Positions 26,725-36,717 of a DNA stretch of 64,000 bases are shown piece by piece. The DNA lies in the IMG/VR virus record IMGVR_UViG_3300047445_000186, positions 248,001 through 312,000 of that record. One strand, 5' to 3'. Within the stretch, counting starts at the first letter, position 1; each line of letters opens with the position of its first letter. The position numbers and the translations under genes are program-made. The notes below the pieces were generated by a model. It had not been told where the DNA came from and searched no databases. It was given only the letters and a program-made list of their open reading frames with translations.

Positions 26725-27900
26725 TTGAAACGATACACGACCCTTCAGTGCAACACTTGCTCCCGCAAGAAAGATGAACTAATCGATCTGACGCATTACG
26801 CGCCGGACCGATGCACAATCACGCTCGGCTGCGAAGGCCGTCTAACTCCTGTTGGGTACACCAGCGAAGGAAGCACCATTCTCGGTGTGCCTCCTGCTGG
26901 TCTCACGAACTGGGCTCCTCGCGGATCTACCGTCACTGGTACGGTAGCGCTGAAGGCCGACCCGATGTACGACACATCGACTGGAACCAAGAAGCAGATC
27001 GTTCTTGCTGTGGCGAACGACACACTCGGCTTCGTCCCATCTGACACCGCTGTCGTCACTCTGAATTTTGTCACTGAGCAACAGTCCGCAAAGGACTACC
27101 GCCAGTACACATACCGCCGCTCGAACTCGTTCACGATCGTGAACGGCATCGAAGACAATCAGGCCAAGAAGGTTCTGCGGTACAACATCTCTGGCGGGTC
27201 CGCCGATCAGGTCGATGTGTATGTGAACGGCGTGAAGCGCGAACGCGGCACAGCGGCAGATCAGTACCAGTTGTACGACGGTGTTGGCTCGGTGGTTCCG
27301 CCCAATTCTGTGTTGTTCAACACAACGATTACCGGTGGGTCCACTCAGGTGGACGTCGTGGTTTCTAAGGCAGCTGCAGTGTCGACTGCCTCTCTGAATT
27401 TCGTCCGAGCAATCGATGACGAAGCTCGTGTGAACACTGGTGCCTGGGAAGGCGTTCACTCAGTGAACTCTCCTGCGCATGGTGGTTTGTACTCGCTGTT
27501 CGTCTGCGATTTCTCTGAGAACCACGCGCTCGCTCTCGATGTGAAACTCCGTGTCGATCCCCAGATCCCATCGATCGTGGTTGATGTTCCAGGCGGTTCG
27601 CCGTTCATCATCACGAACGCAGCGATCCTGCTTTCACGCGCGAAGTCGTTCACTCAGATTGATCGTCAACGAGCAAAGTGGGTTCCACTTACGAAGCTGA
27701 ACTCTGAAACAGAGTACATGGTCGTGAAACTTGTTGATAACGCACGTGCACTGTTCATCACTGAAGCTTCGACTGTGAATCTTTTCCCAGTGATCGAAGC
27801 TGTTCGATTCGGTTCGCCAAAGCTGCAAACTCAAAATCTGCTTGGTGATCCTGATGCGGCCGAGTTGGACAACGATCTGATCTCTGGGCCTGACGCATGA
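26725..27900 (+). CDS. Late hypothetical protein, beta-rich, N-terminal Cys cluster (possible structural)
   Basis: TAAATA 26693; CNTC..CTITLGC. Confidence 0.65.
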   Translation: MKRYTTLQCNTCSRKKDELIDLTHYAPDRCTITLGCEGRLTPVGYTSEGSTILGVPPAGLTNWAPRGSTVTGTVALKADPMYDTSTGTKKQIVLAVANDTLGFVPSDTAVVTLNFVTEQQSAKDYRQYTYRRSNSFTIVNGIEDNQAKKVLRYNISGGSADQVDVYVNGVKRERGTAADQYQLYDGVGSVVPPNSVLFNTTITGGSTQVDVVVSKAAAVSTASLNFVRAIDDEARVNTGAWEGVHSVNSPAHGGLYSLFVCDFSENHALALDVKLRVDPQIPSIVVDVPGGSPFIITNAAILLSRAKSFTQIDRQRAKWVPLTKLNSETEYMVVKLVDNARALFITEASTVNLFPVIEAVRFGSPKLQTQNLLGDPDAAELDNDLISGPDA

Positions 27901-28373
27901 TCACTCCTCCGCTGCACGCACCTGTTTTCTACAGCGCAATTCTCGAGGGTGATGCCGCGAATTTCCTCACAAGCCTGCTCACTGATACGTTCGCAAAGTC
28001 AGGCGACATCCAGAAGGTGATGATCACCTCGCAGGATTTCACGTCTGATATCGCGGCTGCGAATGAGCTCCATGAAGGCACTCGTGAAATCGCTTCGCAC
28101 ATCACTGCGTTCGATGAAGAAGTAGACACCGTCACTCGATACAATCCGATGTTGCTGCCGAAAGAGAATGCGATCTTCGATCTGGCCGAGCTCGATCATG
28201 ATGGCGACATTCTGACAGTTGACGGATTCGCCTCGCCGTACGTGATGCTCACTACGAAGATCAGCACAACATCCCATCCAGAGGTCATTGACGGTAAAGT
28301 CGTGTTCAAGCAGTTCGAAATCTCGGAGCTGAACAAGGGTCTGGAACGAACAACGGGTCACTATCTGTCATGA
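27897..28373 (+). CDS. Hypothetical protein
   Basis: ATGA overlap. Confidence 0.65.
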   Translation: MITPPLHAPVFYSAILEGDAANFLTSLLTDTFAKSGDIQKVMITSQDFTSDIAAANELHEGTREIASHITAFDEEVDTVTRYNPMLLPKENAIFDLAELDHDGDILTVDGFASPYVMLTTKISTTSHPEVIDGKVVFKQFEISELNKGLERTTGHYLS

Positions 28374-28774
28374 GCTACTTCACACAACCAAAGAAATTCA
28401 AGTACGGGCTGAGTGTAAAGCTGCATCTCTTGAAGGCGAACACTGCGGTGAACTCCGTGTTCCCACGTGTTGAAGACTTTGTTCTGAGCTCGAAGCAATT
28501 CGATGATCTGGAAACGGCGATTCAGTCAGTGAACATTTTGACAACTGAGCTCACATACACTCTGAACAAGGCGATCGATCAAGAGAAGTTCGGGATCATT
28601 AGTGAAAGTCGGGAGGATGAAACCCCATTGACACATGAATGGGACGAAACTGCCGTCGCAAAGATCTGGATTGTCGACAAGGAAGCTCAGGCCGCGAATA
28701 AGACGGGCGGTGTCCGAGCAATCGGGATGGCGCAGATTGTTCATGTGCTCGAAGATCCCATATATCTGAACTGA
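28370..28774 (+). CDS. Hypothetical protein
   Basis: ATGA overlap. Confidence 0.65.
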   Translation: MSYFTQPKKFKYGLSVKLHLLKANTAVNSVFPRVEDFVLSSKQFDDLETAIQSVNILTTELTYTLNKAIDQEKFGIISESREDETPLTHEWDETAVAKIWIVDKEAQAANKTGGVRAIGMAQIVHVLEDPIYLN

Positions 28775-28851
28775 CCCAGTTCAGGGACGCTGCTCCCTCC
28801 ATGAATCGTTACAATTGAACATCCAATCGTAACACTCAATGGAGTCAAATT

Positions 28852-29196
28852 TTGAACATGCTTGTAAATGCTGAAGCAAAGTCCAGCAAATTCCGGAACA
28901 TCGAAGACATCCTGAAGGACCCCGCCCTGAAGGCGCGTCTGAACAATCTCGTCGATGAAGCCGTCCGCGCTAAGCTGAAGATTCAGCTCGAGCAAACCAC
29001 GATCAAGGATCTGCGCGATGTCGCGAAGAATGATCTGAGCCTGAATCCGAAGTTGTTCAACTACTACGTTGGCATGGTCTTCAACAACGACTACGCGATG
29101 CGCAAGGACAATCTCGATCAACTCACGTCTCTGATCGACGCAGTGATGGCCCTTCTGCCGGCCGACAACTCGAACTTCGTTGGCGACGATGATTGA
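28852..29196 (+). CDS. T4 DsbA-like double-stranded DNA binding protein
   Basis: EAVRAKLKI..IKDLRDVAKNDLSLNPKLFN matches recalled T4 DsbA pattern. Confidence 0.7.
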   Translation: MNMLVNAEAKSSKFRNIEDILKDPALKARLNNLVDEAVRAKLKIQLEQTTIKDLRDVAKNDLSLNPKLFNYYVGMVFNNDYAMRKDNLDQLTSLIDAVMALLPADNSNFVGDDD

Positions 29197-29425
29197 GGAA
29201 GTGCACGCCCAAGTTCTTGGCGCGTTGCAAGCTCAGTACGATCTAGCACACGACGCGAACGGGTTCGAATTCCACGCGCTTGTGCGGAAAGACAAGAAGA
29301 TCTCGCATGTTCTCAAGGGCGTCGCGGAAACTCCACAAGATGCGTTGTTCATGCTGGCGAGCGCAGGCTCGTTTATGTATGAGACGTCACACACTATTTT
29401 GCCAATCGTAAATGTCAGCAGCTAA
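29180..29425 (+). CDS. Small hypothetical protein
   Basis: Bridges dsbA-like and polymerase. Confidence 0.5.
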   Translation: MATMIEEVHAQVLGALQAQYDLAHDANGFEFHALVRKDKKISHVLKGVAETPQDALFMLASAGSFMYETSHTILPIVNVSS

Positions 29426-32216
29426 CTCATACATCAGCGCCGTTCAAGACTACGACTCAGATAAGATCCTTATCTGGGAGCGTCCGATTGAGGGCGGGGA
29501 TCGAGTTCTGCGGATGATCGATCCACCACGGTACTTCTACGTTCCAGACGAGAACGGGTCGTACACGGGGATCGATGGTGTGAAACTGAAGAAGCTCGTG
29601 TTCGACTCTGAAGACGAGATGAACGCGGCAATCAAGAGCAATTACAAACGATACGAGAGCGACGTGCGTCCTCTCGCTCGTGCTCTGATGGACGAGTATT
29701 ACGGTCGGCCAACGCCGATCATTCACTTCGCGTTCCTCGACATTGAAGTCGATTACTCGTCGAAGCTCGGCTTCAGCTCACCAGAAAATCCGTACGCACC
29801 GATCAACGCAATCACGATCTATCAGTCGTGGACTCAGAAATATCTGACGTACGCGGTCCCTCCAAAGGGTTACAAGGACCAAGAGAACTTCCAAGCGAAG
29901 ATCAAGGCGATGTGGGAAGAGCACAAGCTTGGCTTCGAGCCGAACGTGGTGCTCTGCAACAGCGAACGCGATCTGCTTCTGTACATGCTCGGCGATCTGG
30001 AAGATGCCGACATCATCAGCGGTTGGAACTCCGAGTTCTTCGACTTGCCGTACATTGTGAAGCGCCTTGAGCGAGTCCTCGGCAAGAAGGCGCCTGCGCA
30101 TCTGTGCTTCAAGGGTGCTGGTGCGCCTAGAGAACGGCAAGTGAATCGTTTCGGTTCGCCTGCGATCGTGTTCCAACTGAAGGGCCGCTCGCATCTGGAC
30201 TACTTGGATCTGTTCAAGAAGTTCACGTTCGAAGGCCGGACCTCGTATTCCTTGGGGAACATTGCAGCAGAAGAACTTGACGTTCCGAAGCTGGATTACG
30301 ACGGCACTCTCGAGCAGTTGTACAACAACGACTTCGTTCACTTCGTCACGTACAACGCACGAGACGTTGAAGTGCTTGTGAAGCTCGACGTGAAGTACAA
30401 ATTCATGCAGCTCGTGAATCAGATGGCGCATGAGAACACCGTGCCATTCGAAGCGATTCTCGGCACGGTGCGATACGTTGAGACTGGGATCATGAACCGT
30501 GCGCACCACGTGCATAATCTGATCGCCACGAACAAGGTGAACGTCCAGAAGGACAATGAGAAGGTCGAAGGAGCGATCGTGATGACCCCACTCGCGGGTC
30601 TGTGGGAATGGTTGGCATCAGTGGACATCACGTCACTGTACCCGTCCGTTATCCGCGCGCTGAACATGTCGATCGAAACGTTCATTGGTCAGTTCTACGA
30701 CGAAGAGCGTGCATGGCGTGGTATCACGAACATGGACGACAACGTCTGGTCGCTCGCGAGTCGAGACGGCGATCTGGAAATGACTGGTGCCCAGTGGCAC
30801 GCTCTGATCCGTCAGAAGAACTGGGCGCTCTCGGCGTTCGGCACTGTGTTCGATCAGTCGAAGCCAGGGATGGTCGCTGATACCCTCACGTTCTGGTTTG
30901 CTGAACGTAAGCGTCTCCAAGCAGAGAAGAAGAAGTACGGTAAGCTTGCAAAGGCCGAGACCGATCCAGTGAAGAAGCTCGAGTACGAGAAGCTCGAGGA
31001 ACAGTACGACCTGTTGCAGCTCACGAAGAAGATTCAGTTGAACTCGACTTATGGTGCCTTGCTGAACGAAGCATTCCGCTTTGGCCGGCGAGAAATCGGT
31101 GCATCAGTTACGGGTACGGGCCGTCAGATCACTCTGCACATGGCGCAGACTATCGGTGAGTTGATCACTGGCGCTCCAGTGAAGATGGAGAAGCGGTACG
31201 CTGCGACTAAGGCTGGAAAGCACGTCGCTGGTGAACTGATTTCGAGAGCGCGCCGCGATTCGAACTGGGCGTTCCTTGAGGAACTCTCAGAGAAGCCAGT
31301 GACGTTCCTTGACAAGAACGACGAAGATGCTGAAGTGTCGGGTGCAGTGTACTGGACGCAAACGCCAGAGATCATTTACGGCGACACTGACTCGTGTTAC
31401 TTCATGACGAACGGCACGGATTACGACTCGGCTGTAGAGCTCGCAGACGCGATCGCATCGGAAACGAATGCGTCGTTCCCAGAGTTCATGGCTCGCTCGT
31501 TCAATTGCACTGATGGTCGTGAAACACTGATCAAGGCAGCTCGTGAAGTCGTCGCTGAGCGTGGAGTGTTCTTGCTTGCAAAGAAGAAGTACACGTTGAA
31601 GGTCGTGAATCTCGAGGGTGCCGATCTGCGCGAGAAGCCGAAGCAGAAGTCGATGGGTTCTGAAATCAAGAAGGCCGACACACCGAAGCCGGTGCAGGAA
31701 TTCTTGAAGAACATGATGAACCTTGTGCTTGACGGCAAGGAGTACGCAGAGCTTGAGACGTACGTGAACGCGCATCGTGGTTCTCTGATCCACAAGACGA
31801 ATGACCTATTGGCTCTTGGTTCCGCGAAGCAGATCAACAACTTGGATGCGCTGTACGCCGAATGGCAGCGCACAGAGAAGATCGGTCGCGGTAAGTGCAA
31901 GCTTCCAGGTCACGTGCGAGCAGCGGTGAACTACAACGAGCTTATCCTCGCGTACGACGAAGGCGCAAAGAGTCTTCGAGCTGGTGACAAGGGCGTGATC
32001 TTCTATCTGCGGAAGAACCCGTACAACTTCAATTCGATCGCGTTCCCAGCAGATGCGATGCGTCTTCCTGAATGGTTCGTTGAGAACTTCCAGGTTGACA
32101 TGAAGAAGACTGAAGAGAAGCTGATTGACAACAAGATCGAGGGTATCTTTGATGCACTTGGTTTTGATCTCCCAACCCCGCAGACTGCGTTCTTGAACAC
32201 GGTTTTCACGTTCTGA
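29412..32216 (+). CDS. Family B DNA polymerase (T4 gp43-like)
   Basis: ExoI FLDIEV, ExoII GWNSEFFD, ExoIII YNARD; DITSLYPS, KIQLNSTYG, YGDTDS. Confidence 0.97.
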   Translation: MSAANSYISAVQDYDSDKILIWERPIEGGDRVLRMIDPPRYFYVPDENGSYTGIDGVKLKKLVFDSEDEMNAAIKSNYKRYESDVRPLARALMDEYYGRPTPIIHFAFLDIEVDYSSKLGFSSPENPYAPINAITIYQSWTQKYLTYAVPPKGYKDQENFQAKIKAMWEEHKLGFEPNVVLCNSERDLLLYMLGDLEDADIISGWNSEFFDLPYIVKRLERVLGKKAPAHLCFKGAGAPRERQVNRFGSPAIVFQLKGRSHLDYLDLFKKFTFEGRTSYSLGNIAAEELDVPKLDYDGTLEQLYNNDFVHFVTYNARDVEVLVKLDVKYKFMQLVNQMAHENTVPFEAILGTVRYVETGIMNRAHHVHNLIATNKVNVQKDNEKVEGAIVMTPLAGLWEWLASVDITSLYPSVIRALNMSIETFIGQFYDEERAWRGITNMDDNVWSLASRDGDLEMTGAQWHALIRQKNWALSAFGTVFDQSKPGMVADTLTFWFAERKRLQAEKKKYGKLAKAETDPVKKLEYEKLEEQYDLLQLTKKIQLNSTYGALLNEAFRFGRREIGASVTGTGRQITLHMAQTIGELITGAPVKMEKRYAATKAGKHVAGELISRARRDSNWAFLEELSEKPVTFLDKNDEDAEVSGAVYWTQTPEIIYGDTDSCYFMTNGTDYDSAVELADAIASETNASFPEFMARSFNCTDGRETLIKAAREVVAERGVFLLAKKKYTLKVVNLEGADLREKPKQKSMGSEIKKADTPKPVQEFLKNMMNLVLDGKEYAELETYVNAHRGSLIHKTNDLLALGSAKQINNLDALYAEWQRTEKIGRGKCKLPGHVRAAVNYNELILAYDEGAKSLRAGDKGVIFYLRKNPYNFNSIAFPADAMRLPEWFVENFQVDMKKTEEKLIDNKIEGIFDALGFDLPTPQTAFLNTVFTF

Positions 32217-32244
32217 TCTGCACAATTTTCGTTACAATTAGACT

Positions 32245-32541
32245 ATGAAATTTATTGCCACTTTGTCTGACGGGACAACTCACGAGGTTGAGTTCGTGAA
32301 TGAGCCCGGAATCACGTTCGAGTCGGTCGAAATCGTGACTCCAAACGGAATTGGGTACATCGCAGGTGCCCAGACATGGAACAAGCTCCAATCGCTCGTG
32401 CCTCTCGACGCGCTGATCAACGGACTGCCATTCACCTTGGCTACCGCTGCTGGCGAGACGAAGCACTTCCTGTTGGAAGACTGCTATGTTCTCGCTGACA
32501 AGCTCACGGTGTACGTGCGGTTCGGTAAGCAGGTGTTCTGA
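32245..32541 (+). CDS. Hypothetical protein, probably leaderless
   Basis: CGTTACAAT-N6-ATG. Confidence 0.65.
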   Translation: MKFIATLSDGTTHEVEFVNEPGITFESVEIVTPNGIGYIAGAQTWNKLQSLVPLDALINGLPFTLATAAGETKHFLLEDCYVLADKLTVYVRFGKQVF

Positions 32542-33269
32542 TGCGACTCACAGGAACTGATGTTCAAAAGCTGCGATCGGCTATGCAGGCCTGCCGTCTG
32601 GCTGACATCGATCTTGCTGTGATCTCCGAAGGGAAGATCCGCGGTCTGAGCGAAAGCAAGAACGCCGCGATCTTCTCCGAGCTTGAGCTCTCAATCGACG
32701 CAGATATCAAGATGGGCATCACCCGTCTGTCTGAGTTCGAGAAGCGGCTCTCGCTGTTCGGCGATGACATCCTGATCGAAGGCGAGCTGAACGCCGACAA
32801 GAAGGTCAAGAAGCTCACGATCAAGGGCAAGGCCGGCAAGATCGAATTCCGCTGCACCGACATCGCGCTGCTGGAACGCAAGTACCCGAAGACGCACAAC
32901 GAAGAAGTCGGCACGGTCATTACGATCTCGAAGCCTGAAGTCTCGTTGATCTCAAAGGGTGTGAAGACTCTGGGTGCAGAGCAAGTCACGCTCCAAGTGA
33001 AGCGCGATGGACACGTGCACGTTGAAGGTATTGACAGCTCGAACGATCGGTTCGAGACTGAACTGGAAACGGCTGCTGAGTTCGTCGATGAGGATCCGCT
33101 ACCGTCTGTGAACTCGTACGCGAGCACGACTTCAGGCGTGTTCCTGAAGGTCCTTGATCACTCTGTTCGCGATGCAGACAGTGTGCAACTCATGATGATG
33201 AAGTCGGGTAACCTTGGCATGAAAGCCTATGGTCACGATCTTCTGATCATTCCACGAATCGAAATTTAA
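32541..33269 (+). CDS. Probable DNA sliding clamp (gp45-like)
   Basis: 242 aa, two alpha/beta halves, position after polymerase; no diagnostic motif. Confidence 0.55.
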   Translation: MRLTGTDVQKLRSAMQACRLADIDLAVISEGKIRGLSESKNAAIFSELELSIDADIKMGITRLSEFEKRLSLFGDDILIEGELNADKKVKKLTIKGKAGKIEFRCTDIALLERKYPKTHNEEVGTVITISKPEVSLISKGVKTLGAEQVTLQVKRDGHVHVEGIDSSNDRFETELETAAEFVDEDPLPSVNSYASTTSGVFLKVLDHSVRDADSVQLMMMKSGNLGMKAYGHDLLIIPRIEI

Positions 33270-33280
33270 GAGGTACACAA

Positions 33281-33643
33281 ATGGATGATATTGAAAAGGG
33301 CCGCGTCTCGTACGTGCAAGAGCTGGAAGTGAAGATGAAGCACCTCCAAGCAGAACACGATCGATTCAAGCGGATCGCCGACAAGTGGGAACCGCGTCTG
33401 ACCGTCGTGATCGATCCGAAGACGCAGAAGACCACGTTCGGTCTGGCGTTCGGCGGGAAGAAGATGCAAGCGACTGTCGGCTCTGACTTCCTTGCGCAGA
33501 TGGACGCCACCGGTATCACCACGCAACTCGCTGACACGTTCTACGAGAACCTGGTCTCTGAACATCTGAAGACGATCATTCGCCCAGAAGTCGAGCGCGT
33601 TCAGAAGGGTGCGATCTCGGTTGAAGGTGCAGGCAAATGGTGA
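33281..33643 (+). CDS. Hypothetical protein
   Basis: GAGG SD. Confidence 0.7.
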   Translation: MDDIEKGRVSYVQELEVKMKHLQAEHDRFKRIADKWEPRLTVVIDPKTQKTTFGLAFGGKKMQATVGSDFLAQMDATGITTQLADTFYENLVSEHLKTIIRPEVERVQKGAISVEGAGKW

Positions 33644-33993
33644 AATGGCTGAAGAGCCTTTTCGGCTCTAAGCCCGCTGAGGTCGAGGTCTTTGCTGAGC
33701 GACACAAGTTCGTCGAAGAGCAACAGGCCTTGAGCACACCGTGGGCGATGTTCGAGGTCACTGGCTTCGAAGATGACGGGCGTGTAAAGGTTGAATTCAA
33801 TTGGAACAAGCCGTTCATCAATGTGATGGACCAGCTCGGCTTCACGGCCGAGACTGAAGAAGACACGGTTCAACTGTTCTTCTACGCCAGCCAAATGAAG
33901 CCGACGTCGCTAGAGCTCGCCGGTGGTGACGAAACTGTTCAGTCAGAAGATCTACCACAGCTCAGCGCGAACACAAACCGGATGGTGTCCTGA
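33637..33993 (+). CDS. Hypothetical protein
   Basis: VEFNWNKPFI..GF..E..VQLFF pattern. Confidence 0.7.
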   Translation: MVKWLKSLFGSKPAEVEVFAERHKFVEEQQALSTPWAMFEVTGFEDDGRVKVEFNWNKPFINVMDQLGFTAETEEDTVQLFFYASQMKPTSLELAGGDETVQSEDLPQLSANTNRMVS

Positions 33994-34004
33994 GGACCTG
34001 ACCT

Positions 34005-35048
34005 ATGAAACAGAAGCGACTCGTCGTAGACATTGGAAATCTTTTCTGGAGGTCCGTCTCTGCTCAGCAGAAATACGGTCCAGCAGACGCAAGTGACAGC
34101 GCAGGTCTCGGCCTGCACATGAGCCTGATGTCGCTCCGCAAGCACTACAACAACATCAAGCCGCAGAAGATTGCGGTCGTGTTCGAAGGTAAGGCGAACT
34201 GGCGTAAAGAGTACACGAAGTCCGAGGAATGTTACTCGAAGCGTCTGTACAAAGGCAATCGAGTTGCTGACCCGAAGATGGCTGTTCTGTTCGACGTGAT
34301 CAAGTCGTTCGAAGACCTGGCCAGGAATCACACGAGCCTGACGACTCTGTCGCATCCAAAGCTCGAAGGCGATGACCTGATCAGTGGGTACGCTCGGCAC
34401 TTTGCCGCTCAAGGCGATGAAGTCGTGATCCTCTCGGGTGACAAGGACTTCGTGCAGGATCTTGACGATCCATTGATCACACTCCTGAACCCTGACACTG
34501 GCAAGCCACGCACTCTGACTGACGTCTGTGGTGTCGATGATGCAGGGTACTTCATGTTCGAGAAGGCATTCCGCGGCGACGGTGGTGACAACGTTCTGCC
34601 AGCATTCCCTCGCGTTCGAAAGACTCGACTGCACAAGGCGTACGGTGTGAAGGACGGCAAGGTTGACGCAGCTCTGGCTGATGCGTTCGAACTGAGCAAT
34701 CTGTTCGGCAGCACTTGGGACTTCCTTGACCCTGACACTGGTGACAAGCGAGTGATGTCGGTCGAGAAGATGTTCGAAGAGAACAATCTTCTGATGAACC
34801 TTCGCATGCAGCCTGATTACGTTCGTGATCTGATCACGGAAACGATCACGCATGAGAGTGAGAATCACGGGCAGTTCAACTTCTTCAAGTTCAATGCTTT
34901 CCTCGGGAAGTACAAGCTGGTTGAGATTGCTGAACGCGCATCTGACTTCGTTGGTCTGTTCAGTGGTAAGGGGTTCGCAGCTCATGACCCAACTGTTCAG
35001 GTAGCAGCACAAAAGCCTGTACGTTCGCTCGGCGGACTGCAGTTCTGA
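34005..35048 (+). CDS. rnh: RNase H / 5'-3' flap exonuclease (T4 Rnh-like)
   Basis: LVVDIGN, YKGNR, EGDDLI, SGDKDFVQ, GDGGDNV. Confidence 0.9.
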   Translation: MKQKRLVVDIGNLFWRSVSAQQKYGPADASDSAGLGLHMSLMSLRKHYNNIKPQKIAVVFEGKANWRKEYTKSEECYSKRLYKGNRVADPKMAVLFDVIKSFEDLARNHTSLTTLSHPKLEGDDLISGYARHFAAQGDEVVILSGDKDFVQDLDDPLITLLNPDTGKPRTLTDVCGVDDAGYFMFEKAFRGDGGDNVLPAFPRVRKTRLHKAYGVKDGKVDAALADAFELSNLFGSTWDFLDPDTGDKRVMSVEKMFEENNLLMNLRMQPDYVRDLITETITHESENHGQFNFFKFNAFLGKYKLVEIAERASDFVGLFSGKGFAAHDPTVQVAAQKPVRSLGGLQF

Positions 35049-35050
35049 TC

Positions 35051-35311
35051 ATGGAAATCCTAATCGAATCTCTTGGTTGGTTGGGATCTCTATTCCTTGC
35101 GATCTGTGGCTTCCCACAAGCGTGGATGTCATTCAAGCAAGGACACTCGGACGGAGTGAGTAATGGTCTGCTGTTCTTCTGGGGCGGCGGAGAATTGCTC
35201 ACTCTGTTCTACGTGCTATCCCTCGGGAACGCACCACTGATCATGAACTACGTTTGCAACATGGTCTCCATGAGTGTGATTATCTGGTACAAGTTTAGGC
35301 CGAGAAAATGA
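35051..35311 (+). CDS. PQ-loop / SemiSWEET-like 3-TM membrane protein
   Basis: GWLGSLFLAICGFPQAW..SDGVS; three hydrophobic segments in 86 aa. Confidence 0.75.
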   Translation: MEILIESLGWLGSLFLAICGFPQAWMSFKQGHSDGVSNGLLFFWGGGELLTLFYVLSLGNAPLIMNYVCNMVSMSVIIWYKFRPRK

Positions 35312-35685
35312 TTGCAGTTGGCGATAAAGTAATTGCGAAGATCGACATCACGCAAGGTGCTGATGAAGACGGGCCTGCCCAAGTGTTCGCCACGAAGGGC
35401 ACGCCTCTCGTGGTCAGGCGAATCGGTCAGCAGTGTCTGCACGTATCGCACGAGGACATTACTGATCAGTCGTTCAGGGTGTTCGACGGCGAAGTGATTG
35501 ATTTTCTGCCTGATGGGAAACTTACATACGCAGTCACGGTCCAGAAGTGGGAACGAGTTGCGAAGATCATTCGCGAATTCAAGAAGAAGAAACACGTTGG
35601 ATACTTCCTGGACGTGGAAGAGCTGCCATCATCGGTGTCTCCTGAGTTCGCTTATTACCGGGTCTGGGTGTACAAGGAAGCGTAA
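35308..35685 (+). CDS. Hypothetical protein
   Basis: ATGA overlap. Confidence 0.6.
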   Translation: MIAVGDKVIAKIDITQGADEDGPAQVFATKGTPLVVRRIGQQCLHVSHEDITDQSFRVFDGEVIDFLPDGKLTYAVTVQKWERVAKIIREFKKKKHVGYFLDVEELPSSVSPEFAYYRVWVYKEA

Positions 35686-35711
35686 ATACAATCTTGAACT
35701 GAAGGATTGTT

Positions 35712-36596
35712 ATGCGTCTCGACGAACTCGCCGGTGTAAAGAAATTCCAGCGACTACAGTGGCATCAAATCACGCGTCTGCTTGATCGGAAATTCGGCAT
35801 CAAATACATTGGTGGCGGAAAGTACGGTCAGGTTTTCACGCACCCGGGCTGGGACTACGTCGTGAAGATCATGGAGCGCGAGGACCCGAACTATCTGGAG
35901 TTCGTTGACTTCGCGCTGAAGCATCCAGACAAGCATTATCCGAAGATCATCAAGAAGCCTTTCATGATGCACGCTTTTCACAAGCGTGAACGCAGCCAGA
36001 AGTACCAACGTCTGACTGTCCTGAAGATCGAGAAGCTTCTCCCGATCGAGAAGAACAAGCTTGACTTCATTGTTCAGAACCTGGATCAATACGCCAGCAT
36101 CGTCACTCGGTACAAGAACAACGAGTACAAGCACGAGAAGAACCAAGAGGCGTACACGCAAAAGCATCCACACCACACGAAGGTCTTGCCTGACGGCACA
36201 AGTGAACAGAACCTGTCGTACAAGGACATCTTCGATCGGTACCCATGGTTCGAGGATCTGTGCTGGGCATTCCGCCGGATCATGGACAACTCGGAGTACG
36301 GGTCGGCCGATATCCATGGTGGGAACTTCATGGAGCGGAAAGACGGCACCGTCGTGATCATCGATCCGCTGTGGGAAGGATACAACTTCGAAGCTGCTGC
36401 ATGGCAGGCCGAGATGGCTGAACGCGGCGACTACTGGGGCGACTACGAAGAGCACATCCCAATGGTCAGCGGCCCCGGGTATGACAGTGCACGCAAGCGT
36501 GAAGAACAAGAAGCGCTCGAGAAGAAGGAAGCCGAAAAGGCGGCCAGGATTGCTGGCGTGTTCGCGCACAATTTCGACGACGATATTCCGTTCTGA
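35712..36596 (+). CDS. Protein kinase-like protein with MRLDELAG leader and SSB-like C-terminal tail
   Basis: IGGGKYG, VVK, DIHGGN, IIDP; ends NFDDDIPF; TAAATA 35683. Confidence 0.8.
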   Translation: MRLDELAGVKKFQRLQWHQITRLLDRKFGIKYIGGGKYGQVFTHPGWDYVVKIMEREDPNYLEFVDFALKHPDKHYPKIIKKPFMMHAFHKRERSQKYQRLTVLKIEKLLPIEKNKLDFIVQNLDQYASIVTRYKNNEYKHEKNQEAYTQKHPHHTKVLPDGTSEQNLSYKDIFDRYPWFEDLCWAFRRIMDNSEYGSADIHGGNFMERKDGTVVIIDPLWEGYNFEAAAWQAEMAERGDYWGDYEEHIPMVSGPGYDSARKREEQEALEKKEAEKAARIAGVFAHNFDDDIPF

Positions 36597-36717
36597 CCGG
36601 CCGGAACTGCTAAATACTTTGCACGCACCTCTGTGCGTTCTAAAGGGTTCGGAGAAGCATTCAGCTTATCCGGTAAATCGTTGAACGATTACCCACATGC
36701 CTAGTAAGGAGATTCAC

